A DNA stretch of 64,000 nt, from contig CBDHDF010000010.1 of the NCBI GenBank assembly GCA_965261545.1, positions 256,001 through 320,000 of the forward strand, in the 5' to 3' direction. Below are positions 1 to 8,027 of the stretch, in pieces (position 1 is the first letter of the stretch; each line of letters begins with the position of its first letter). The translations under genes were made by a program, and so were the position numbers. Origin of the DNA: Bdellovibrionales bacterium. GTDB taxonomy: Bacteria > Bdellovibrionota > Bdellovibrionia > Bdellovibrionales > UBA1609. The notes below the pieces were generated by a model, which did not search any database, had not been told where the DNA came from, and saw only the letters and a list, made by a program, of their open reading frames with translations.

Positions 1-93
1 CATTTTTTGAAAAATATCTAGAGCCTGAGTGGTTACATCGACATGGGGGCAGTCTTCTCGAAGAGCGGAATTAATAAATTCTTTAAGGATCAC

Positions 94-1947
94 CTAAGAC
101 CCTTTATGCGCTTCAAGGAGACGTTGAAGTTCTTTTTCAATCATTTGAGTGGCAAGGTCGGGGACAACCCTCCGAACCACAGCCTCAAGCATTTCTTGAG
201 ATTGAGCTCGAATAATTTCTTCGAGCTTGTCTTCACTAAGTTGTTCGACTTTGGATTCCTTTTGTTTGGATTTCTGCTGATGGTGGTCCACAGCCGCACG
301 CCTGCCCATAACCTGAACCTCTGCCCCCCCAATCGTCGCTTCGCTTTCTAGGGAAGATACCTGAGTAGGAGCTAGGGGAGACACCTGAGTGGGAGCTAGA
401 GAAGATACCTGAGATACCTGAGTAGGAGCTAGAGAAGATACCTTTGCCACATGATCGCCTTGTTGACGGTGAGGCTGCGGATATGGGGATTCTTGCTCTT
501 GCTGAATCTTTCCCAACTGGGGCCCCTTAGAAGACGGAATAATGTAGTTCAAAGGTAGACTTTCATAGGAGTCCTCTTCACTCTGAGAGTCAGGATCCAT
601 ATCAAAATCCACTTTGAATCTACTTAAGTCTTTGCCTTGATCTAAAGATGGATTTTCTATGGAACTTGCTTCCCTGGAAGTGTGATTCGACATACTCCCG
701 GTAGCCCTAGAAGCTTGACCCAAGGACATTTCTCTAAATCCTGAAGAGTCTTCTTCACCTTCTCGACTCTCACCAAAATTAGACCTCTCGGCCTCTCCAT
801 GACCAACCTCTCCATAAATACTTGCCACCGCTGTGCCCCCCATACCAGGACCAGGACCAGGACCAGGAGATCCAGCATCCAAGGACAGTTCGATAAAATC
901 AGAGCTGTCCTCCTCTTCATGGGTGCCCTCGTTAGGGGCAATCTCAACATGATCTAAACCATAAATACTTGCCACCGCTGTGCCCATACCAGGACCAGGA
1001 GATCCAGCATCCAAGGGCAGTTCGATAAAATCAGAGCTGTCCTCCTCTTCATGGGTGCCCTCGCTATGGGCAATCTCAACATGATCTAAACCATGAATAC
1101 TTGCCACCGCTGTGCCCATACCAGGAGATCCAGCATCCAAGGGCAGTTCGATAAAATCAGAGATGTCCTCCTCTTCATGGGTGCCCTCGCTATGGGCAAT
1201 CTCAACATGATCTAAACCATGGCGGCCACCCTCTAGGCGCAGTTCTTCAAAGTCGGGTATATCGCCTTCAAAACTCTTAGGATCAAACTCATTAAACTCA
1301 GACTCGTTAAATTCAAACTTATTAGATTGAGGCTCGTTAGATTGAGGCTCATTAAATTCAAATTCGTTAGATTTAGATTTAAAAGTCAACTGGTGAGAAA
1401 AAGATTGTGCTGACACCTCAGATTCCATAGACCTTACAAGCTCCTTCTTATGTCGTTTTCTAGGACCTTTCTGGGATAAATGAGTCCTCGAATTGAGAGG
1501 TGGAGGAGTTGAGGCTTCGTAGTCCATAGTCTCTGGTAAAGTAGGAAAAGTCAAATAAGACGACAGGGCTTGAGACCTGGTTTTTGGCACCAAACTCTTT
1601 ACCATTCGACGGAGGGTATCCACTTCAAAGGGCTTTTCCAGCTTGGCGTTGGCCAAGCAGCCTTGAAACTTATCCTCATCAATATCCATGAACTCACTGC
1701 ACATCAAAACCACGGGTATGGCTTTCAGTGCCTGAGAGGACTTAAGACTTGAACTCACGTCATAGCCATTTTTTTTTTGCAAAAGTATATCGGCAAAAAC
1801 AATATCTGGGGCCAACTTCTTGGTCACGGGCTCAACGTCCAAACCTGTATTTACTGAATGCACCTCGGCAGCATAGTCCTTAAGGGCAAGTTGAAAAACC
1901 TTCTTAATGGTGGGGCTCTCATCAGCGAGCAAGACGCACAAAGCCAT
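94..1947 (-). CDS. romR: RomR-like response regulator (receiver domain, long acidic low-complexity linker, C-terminal helical domain)
   Basis: N-terminal REC (VLLADESPTIKKV, DIVFADILL, KPF); repetitive linker; C-terminal LEEIIRAQSQEMLEAVVRRVVPDLATQMIEKELQRLL resembles the RomR C-terminal motif of Myxococcus/Bdellovibrio. Confidence 0.75.
   Translation of the reverse strand: MALCVLLADESPTIKKVFQLALKDYAAEVHSVNTGLDVEPVTKKLAPDIVFADILLQKKNGYDVSSSLKSSQALKAIPVVLMCSEFMDIDEDKFQGCLANAKLEKPFEVDTLRRMVKSLVPKTRSQALSSYLTFPTLPETMDYEASTPPPLNSRTHLSQKGPRKRHKKELVRSMESEVSAQSFSHQLTFKSKSNEFEFNEPQSNEPQSNKFEFNESEFNEFDPKSFEGDIPDFEELRLEGGRHGLDHVEIAHSEGTHEEEDISDFIELPLDAGSPGMGTAVASIHGLDHVEIAHSEGTHEEEDSSDFIELPLDAGSPGPGMGTAVASIYGLDHVEIAPNEGTHEEEDSSDFIELSLDAGSPGPGPGPGMGGTAVASIYGEVGHGEAERSNFGESREGEEDSSGFREMSLGQASRATGSMSNHTSREASSIENPSLDQGKDLSRFKVDFDMDPDSQSEEDSYESLPLNYIIPSSKGPQLGKIQQEQESPYPQPHRQQGDHVAKVSSLAPTQVSQVSSLAPTQVSPLAPTQVSSLESEATIGGAEVQVMGRRAAVDHHQQKSKQKESKVEQLSEDKLEEIIRAQSQEMLEAVVRRVVPDLATQMIEKELQRLLEAHKGS
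352..442 (-). repeat. Approximately 24-bp in-frame tandem repeat inside romR
   Basis: Encodes VSSLAPTQ-VSQ-VSSLAPTQ-VSPLAPTQ-VSSL. Confidence 0.9.
817..1221 (-). repeat. Three in-frame tandem copies (126, 132, 147 bp) inside romR with a nested Pro-Gly hexamer
   Basis: Units 1221-1096, 1095-964, 963-817 encode (H/Y)GLDHVEIA..EGTHEEED.SDFIEL.LDAGS(PG)nMG(G)TAVASI with n=1,2,4. Confidence 0.95.
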
Positions 1948-1952
1948 GCCTT

Positions 1953-2016
1953 AGTAAACGCCTTTAGTAACATTCAGTCAAGTCGGATTGACGATATCAC
2001 CTAAGACCTTTATCTT
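1953..2016. promoter_or_regulatory. Back-to-back sigma70-like promoters for romR (-) and lptG (+)
   Basis: + strand TTGACG(1988-1993)-17 bp-TATCTT(2011-2016); - strand TTGACT(1981-1976)-17 bp-TTTACT(1958-1953). Confidence 0.5.
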
Positions 2017-2024
2017 GACATATA

Positions 2025-3107
2025 ATGTTATCAATCATAGATCGTCACATAGTCAAACTTTTCCTTGGGTTCTTTCTTGCCGGGCTCACCACCTTTGTGA
2101 CCATTGTACTTGCCGCTGACTTTATCCACCGCTTCATCCGCTACAGTGATGTGGAGGAAGAGGTCTTCCTGCGCTTTTACATCTACTGGCTGCCTGAAAT
2201 CCTGGTTCAAATGATTCCCCTCGCTTGCCTCGTGGGAGCCATTTTTACATTTTCTACACTCCACCGGTCCAATGAACTGGTGGCTCTTTTAGGAATGGGT
2301 CATCGCCTCACAAGAGTGGCTGCTCCAGCCCTTATGATCGTCTCCCTCCTCTCCACTTTCTCTTTTTGGATGAGTGATCGCATTGTCCCCATGTCGTCAA
2401 AGAAAAAAAATTATGTCAAATATGTAGAAATCAAAAAGCGTCCAGGACTATATGTCACCGTGAAAACCAATAAGATTTGGTATAAATCAGGATCGATCTT
2501 ATTCAACATAAAAACTCTCAATCCAAGTGATTCTACGGCTCAAGGTCTCACCATGTATTATATGGATAAAGATGACTGGAAATTGATCCAACAAATTCAA
2601 GCTCGCTTCGTTAAGATTCGCAATGGCCTTTGGGAACTCCACAATGGATTCATCACCCACTTTAAAGAAGGGGCAAGCTTTCCTGAGATCAAACCCTTTG
2701 AAAAAAAAGAAATCACCATGGGAGAAGAACTTCACAATATTCAATCTTCCACCAATGCCTTTGAGATCATGACTTTAAAGCAGTTGGATCAATTTATTAA
2801 GCGTCACAAAGAGGCAGGACTTGATACCTTAAGTTACGAAGTCAATTATCACCAAAGATTTGCATTTGCGTTTATCGCCCTTATTTTTGTCTTGCTAAGT
2901 ATCCCTCTAAGTATGAGTCAGAAAAGATCTGGGGGGACCTTTGCCAGTGTCGCACTTTGCATTGCCTTGGCCCTAGTCTACTGGATTGTGTTTAAATTTT
3001 CACTGGCTCTTGGACAAAGTGGTACGGTCCCTCCGATGATCAGTGCCTGGGCCCCCAATGTATTGTTTTTAACGACCTCCCTTTATCTTTTTAACAAGCG
3101 TTCTTAG
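2025..3107 (+). CDS. lptG: LPS export ABC transporter permease (LptF/LptG family, probably LptG)
   Basis: IIDRHI start, P.ACLVGAIFTFSTLHRSNELVAL motif, periplasmic beta-jellyroll region, C-terminal PPMISAWAPN. Confidence 0.85.
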   Translation: MLSIIDRHIVKLFLGFFLAGLTTFVTIVLAADFIHRFIRYSDVEEEVFLRFYIYWLPEILVQMIPLACLVGAIFTFSTLHRSNELVALLGMGHRLTRVAAPALMIVSLLSTFSFWMSDRIVPMSSKKKNYVKYVEIKKRPGLYVTVKTNKIWYKSGSILFNIKTLNPSDSTAQGLTMYYMDKDDWKLIQQIQARFVKIRNGLWELHNGFITHFKEGASFPEIKPFEKKEITMGEELHNIQSSTNAFEIMTLKQLDQFIKRHKEAGLDTLSYEVNYHQRFAFAFIALIFVLLSIPLSMSQKRSGGTFASVALCIALALVYWIVFKFSLALGQSGTVPPMISAWAPNVLFLTTSLYLFNKRS

Positions 3108-3158
3108 CTGTCCAAATAAAAAACAAAAATAATATGTTTCAACCTACTGAATAATTAC

Positions 3159-3896
3159 CTAAAATTTATGTTTTTCTTGTAAGATCTCGTTGAGAGAGAG
3201 TTGTGTGAGTTTTTTAATGCCTCGAATAAGGTACCAAAGGTTGAAAATCATAATAAAAGTAAGTGGAAGGGCAATGACGACATAGCCCATCCATGTCATC
3301 TTTGAAACTTGTGCGTTGAGGATAGCCGCTTTCTCAGTGCTTGAAATTGCGGGATCAATATCTTGGAAAATCCACATTGCTAAAATAAAATTTAAAAAGC
3401 TACTTAGAAAAAAGGAAAGTGCAAAAATCAGTGTGGAATTTTTAAACAATGTTTTCAATTGACGTGTTTTTCCATTTTCCTCAATGGACTGGTGAATTAA
3501 GTGAATGTTGAGTATATTGCTGGCGATGAGATCGATCAGTGGTTTTTTGGTGTAGGCAGAGATCAAAACAGCAATTCCGATGAGAAGGGGAAAGAGAGCC
3601 TCCTTAACGGCAAACCAGATGCCTTCAAGTTGTAGCAAGGCGAGGCCTCCTGTGGCCACAATATTTATACACCCGAATAAAGAAAGTAGGTTTTTTTGTT
3701 GATTTTTATAGTAATCAAACAGTCCGTAGACTATGGGGAGAGAGAGGGCGAGCAAGAGGGTATACAAAGGACCATGATCTCCCCCCCATTTATCTGTGAG
3801 TTTATTCAAGATAATAACAGGTAAGAGAATATTAAAGAGAATACTAAGAATACTGGCCAAGGGGCTTTCTTTCGATGAAGATGAATTTGTGGACAT
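3159..3896 (-). CDS. Integral membrane protein, VC0807-like family
   Basis: About 6-7 TM helices; NILLPVIILNKL and WFAVKEALFPLLIG motifs. Confidence 0.6.
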   Translation of the reverse strand: MSTNSSSSKESPLASILSILFNILLPVIILNKLTDKWGGDHGPLYTLLLALSLPIVYGLFDYYKNQQKNLLSLFGCINIVATGGLALLQLEGIWFAVKEALFPLLIGIAVLISAYTKKPLIDLIASNILNIHLIHQSIEENGKTRQLKTLFKNSTLIFALSFFLSSFLNFILAMWIFQDIDPAISSTEKAAILNAQVSKMTWMGYVVIALPLTFIMIFNLWYLIRGIKKLTQLSLNEILQEKHKF

Positions 3897-3984
3897 TGGA
3901 TATCTCGCTATAGCTTTTTATTCTTAACTTGGTGATTTGATAAGCTCGCTCATAGGGTATATCCTAGATTGCTTCCGTGCTTTT

Positions 3985-6900
3985 TCATAGGCTTTTCCAG
4001 CGACAAATACGAACATCTTGGTTTAAAGGTCTGTCTCGAGCCACCAGCCCCATGAATCTTGGCGCCCCGTCTTGGGTTTGCTGATGATCCACCAGGCCCT
4101 GCTCCTGTCTTTGAGCTTGATCGGCGTGATCGATTTGATTCTTAGACTCAAAATAACTTTGCAGGGCTCCATCTTCCGCACTGAGGCTGCAATGGTACCA
4201 GGATTCAAGAAAAAATCTACGCACAGAGTGTTCGGCCCAATCCACGGGGCCCACCCTGTAGCATTCCCCTAGGGTGGGAGCCCAGGGGATGGCTTCCCCA
4301 CCATGTCCATCATCAGATTCATAGTCTTGGCCATATGTATGTGAGCGACTGGAGTTCTTTTTGAGCGAGGGAACCCCCAGTTGAGAGTAGTAAAAGGCAC
4401 CATCTTGGGGCGGTGCTGAACATCGCTCTAGGGGCCGGGGGAAGAGGCGATGGTCCACCCTGTGACCCTGGTCTGAAGAAAGACTGACATTATTTTTGAT
4501 AAACAGCCTTACAAAGGCCAACTCTCCCGCAGAAAGTTTTTGAGAGTCGCAGGTTTTATTCTTTAAGGGCCTTAGAGCCTCCAGGTTTCCAAGACTTGCC
4601 CAAACGGGGTCGTAGGTGAGGGTGGTGTCCATTTTGTCATAGATTGGTAAATCATGGCGCAAATCTTTTTCTTTAGAAAATCCACCTTTTATATCTTCTA
4701 GATTTGTTCTTGGGGGGACCTTTTGCAATTCGTCGCCCACCACTCTACGGGTATAAAAGGTCTCAATCTTTTTCCTAACGAGGTAATCTTGGGCCTGATC
4801 CACGTCCCTTTTTTTCAGAAGGCATAGCCTGTCTTCTTTTTTCAAAGAGATCTTTTGCCGACCCAATATCTCGGAGAGCCCACCATATTTTTGAAAAGCT
4901 CCACTGTGGGTCATCACCTTGATAAAATCCACGGCATCTCGTCCTTGGGGAAGTTGAAGGGTCATATTTTTTTCTCTGTAGGAGGCTTTCTCCATTTTGA
5001 GCCTTTCACTTAAAAGAACCTTGGAAACTTCTTCCCAAAACTTAGGTTTTGAAGAGTAGTGGTTGTACACAGTTCCACCGAGGAAGTGGGCCCAAGAAAA
5101 TGGGGCCACTTTATGGTCTATGCTGATTCGATAGGGTTCAACATTTTTTAGGGAGAGAATCTCTTGGATTTTTCTTTTATCCCCAATGGAGAGAATCAAG
5201 CTCAAGGGAAGCATGTTGTGCAATACAAATTGCTTGGGTTTTAGGCGGGCCCCACGGCCCGCAAAGGCCATGGAGGTGTGCTCTCCTGGAAACAAGTTCA
5301 TGATTTTGGAAAGGCCACTGAGGAGAGAACCCCAGTCTGTTTTTTCAACGCTCTCACTTAGGGGCTGGGACTTGTTGGGCTTGGATTGGATCGAAGGCGA
5401 TGGGGGAGGGTGGGATGAAGAAGATGAGGGCGGGTTCGAAGATGCTTCATGCAGGCTGTAAACTGCTGTTATGTAGTCCCAAACAAAGCTCACCTCTATT
5501 GCTTTGAGTCCAAAGGCTGAAAACTCACTGAAGCTCCCGTGGGCAGCTTGGGAAGCTTCACTGGGATTCGCCATGGGAAGGGTGTACCGGTGGGTGGGGA
5601 GTTTTCTGCCGGTCCACTCCATATACTCCACAATATCATGGACCACATCCAGGTCTATTTTTTTGGATCTCACAAAGTGAAAGTGATGGGAGAGGAGGCT
5701 TAAAATCTCAATGGTCTCCATGGACTCCAAGGGAGAGGGGTGAGAGGATAAAAAGAGAGGAGCCGGGCCGGCCTGTTTCCACTCTCCACGCCACAGTCGC
5801 TCCAGAGTGTTTTTGAAGGCTTGAACTCCAAAGGGGGTGTTGAAGGGCACTTGCTTCTCCCGGAGAAAGGTCAGTAGAGCCCAAGCTTCTTCTTCGGAGG
5901 GGGAGTGGACCACGGCGGCCAAAACGGCGGAAGTCTGTTCCCCAGGGTCATATTTGGCTTTGGTTTTGGTTGCCACCATTAAACTTAGTAGAGGGGCTCC
6001 TCCGACTTCGATGGCATAGGCAAAGATATCTTTGGGCAAAATTTGAGAAGAGACTCTGACTATGGCTTCCATGAGCTTTTTCTTTTGAGCCTGTCTGAAG
6101 GAACTTCTTAAAATAAACTTGATGCTTTCTTCGGATCTATCTTCACTTTTTGCACAAAAGTGATAAAGATGTCCCATCACATTTTTAATCTTTTTTATGT
6201 CATAGTTTTTGCCCTCAATGGCTTTTAAGAGTTGCAAAAGACTTTCATCCAAATTCAATTTTGGAATATTGGCATTCAGATTGGGGGCATTGGCATTTAA
6301 TTTTGGAACAACGGTCACGGGAGTCTGCCAAAGGTCAAATACACGGGATATCAGGTCAAGGTTGTCAATGCCTTGTTTGACTTTGGAGAAGAAAAGATGA
6401 AAAAGTCTTTGTCCAAACTGCTTTTTTTTCTGGGGATTGCTTTTACTTTTTAAAACCTCGCGGGCCAGGGTTTCCCACTGGCGGCGCTGGAAAAAGTCTT
6501 GGGACCTGATAGTGTCCATATATATTTCCATATGACTGTGATCCAAGGGAATCACTTGGTCCAAACCGTTGATGATCTGAAGTTTGACATTCATCCAAGT
6601 GATGGAATCTTTATCTTTGTTTGAAATATTCATCATGGATGGAATGGCTTTTCCATAATCAATGTAAAGGGGGACTAGTTTATAAAATAGGGTGGGATTG
6701 TTGACCATAGTGGAGAGCACTTGGAAGCTCTTCACATGGTTTTTCAAATAATCTTCACGGGCAAGGGCATGGCGAATATTAGGGTTGTTGACCTGTCCCT
6801 CTGAGGTTGAATCCCTGGTATAGGAGGCATAGGCATTGGTGCTGACATTGGCATAGGATTGAGTGTAGGGGGCAATGCCAAGGAATATCAACTCAACATA

Positions 6901-7581
6901 CTGATTGAGAGCTTCACTTTGAGCATACAGATGACTTTGAGTATGCATATTGTTTATATTGCTTTGAGTGTCCATATCACTACCAATATCACTCTGAGTG
7001 AGTTCGCCCTCCTCACGGCCCTTGTTCTCCTTGGAGTGTCTATGGGCCATAAACTGCAAGGGAGTCATGTGGCTGTCCCCCACCTTCAAGTCAATGGGCA
7101 AATAGTGCTTCTTGGTGAGAGTAAAGGCTGCTTTGTAGTCGCCTTGAAGGAGATGGGTTTCTAGAAGATTTTCGTATTTTTGAGATGCTTCCTTAAATAT
7201 TCTTATCATGTCCCTTTCGGTGGTGTTAATCATCTCTAGGGCATGGAAACCTTTTTTGTTCCCATGGGGTTGGTATATTTTAGCCCCAGCTTTAATAAGC
7301 TTTTCTGCAAAGTTGGAATTGCGAGATTGTACAGCACGCATTAAAGGTGTGTAACCTTCGGGATCGTAGACATTAAAGTCAGCTTTTTGTTGAACCAGGC
7401 GATTTATGGATTGAATATCTTCTGTTTGAATGGCTTCAAAAACTTCTTTGGTCACAGCCTCTTTGGTTTTCTTTTTCTCTTTCAAAGCAGAGCACCCAAG
7501 GGATATTCCTAGAAAGCCTATGAGCAAGAACTCAAGGGTGAGTCCCATCCATTTAAATTTCCATACAATTTTGTTTTCCAC
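3985..7581 (-). CDS. Large lipoprotein with N-terminal ankyrin repeats
   Basis: Lipobox SLGC after a hydrophobic stretch; ankyrin consensus GYTPLMRAV...AEKLIKAGA; remainder unrecognised; AGGGAG SD-like element before a GTG start. Confidence 0.7.
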   Translation of the reverse strand: MENKIVWKFKWMGLTLEFLLIGFLGISLGCSALKEKKKTKEAVTKEVFEAIQTEDIQSINRLVQQKADFNVYDPEGYTPLMRAVQSRNSNFAEKLIKAGAKIYQPHGNKKGFHALEMINTTERDMIRIFKEASQKYENLLETHLLQGDYKAAFTLTKKHYLPIDLKVGDSHMTPLQFMAHRHSKENKGREEGELTQSDIGSDMDTQSNINNMHTQSHLYAQSEALNQYVELIFLGIAPYTQSYANVSTNAYASYTRDSTSEGQVNNPNIRHALAREDYLKNHVKSFQVLSTMVNNPTLFYKLVPLYIDYGKAIPSMMNISNKDKDSITWMNVKLQIINGLDQVIPLDHSHMEIYMDTIRSQDFFQRRQWETLAREVLKSKSNPQKKKQFGQRLFHLFFSKVKQGIDNLDLISRVFDLWQTPVTVVPKLNANAPNLNANIPKLNLDESLLQLLKAIEGKNYDIKKIKNVMGHLYHFCAKSEDRSEESIKFILRSSFRQAQKKKLMEAIVRVSSQILPKDIFAYAIEVGGAPLLSLMVATKTKAKYDPGEQTSAVLAAVVHSPSEEEAWALLTFLREKQVPFNTPFGVQAFKNTLERLWRGEWKQAGPAPLFLSSHPSPLESMETIEILSLLSHHFHFVRSKKIDLDVVHDIVEYMEWTGRKLPTHRYTLPMANPSEASQAAHGSFSEFSAFGLKAIEVSFVWDYITAVYSLHEASSNPPSSSSSHPPPSPSIQSKPNKSQPLSESVEKTDWGSLLSGLSKIMNLFPGEHTSMAFAGRGARLKPKQFVLHNMLPLSLILSIGDKRKIQEILSLKNVEPYRISIDHKVAPFSWAHFLGGTVYNHYSSKPKFWEEVSKVLLSERLKMEKASYREKNMTLQLPQGRDAVDFIKVMTHSGAFQKYGGLSEILGRQKISLKKEDRLCLLKKRDVDQAQDYLVRKKIETFYTRRVVGDELQKVPPRTNLEDIKGGFSKEKDLRHDLPIYDKMDTTLTYDPVWASLGNLEALRPLKNKTCDSQKLSAGELAFVRLFIKNNVSLSSDQGHRVDHRLFPRPLERCSAPPQDGAFYYSQLGVPSLKKNSSRSHTYGQDYESDDGHGGEAIPWAPTLGECYRVGPVDWAEHSVRRFFLESWYHCSLSAEDGALQSYFESKNQIDHADQAQRQEQGLVDHQQTQDGAPRFMGLVARDRPLNQDVRICRWKSL

Positions 7582-8027
7582 GACCTTACTCCCTTTATGT
7601 AATCTTGCCCTTTACAACTTTGTTCTTCACGATTTTATACTTCAGAACTTATTGCCTTATGCTTCATAATTTTGCTCTTTGAGGAGGTTTATGAGAGTGA
7701 TAGAGAAGCATTCAGGCGTTTCCGACACGTGTAGTCGATTTTTTTCAATGGATCAATATTTTTCTGTATGTCCATCCAAAATTGGAAAAAATTTTAATCT
7801 GAGTGACAATTCTGCCCCTTCATCGCAGGTCATTAGAGAGGGCATTGACGCCCCCGTTCTTGGCTGTGCTCTCCCAGTGGTCTAAAGACATGACATAGCT
7901 ATGATATCACAGTGAAATATGATGAGGAGAGCATTCAATGAGTGTAATGGATTCAATGGTTTGTTTGTTGCTAGCTTTTATCAATGGAGCCAGATGTGGA
8001 ACCATGAGTAGGGCCAGACGTGGAGTC

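Noticed and set aside
817..1221. Regular repeats as a possible CRISPR array
   Set aside because: Whole units repeat with no unique spacers, they are in frame within romR, and no cas genes are present
7582..8027. Cobalamin or TPP riboswitch, or Fur box, upstream of the TonB receptor
   Set aside because: No recognisable consensus by eye; an Rfam scan would be decisive
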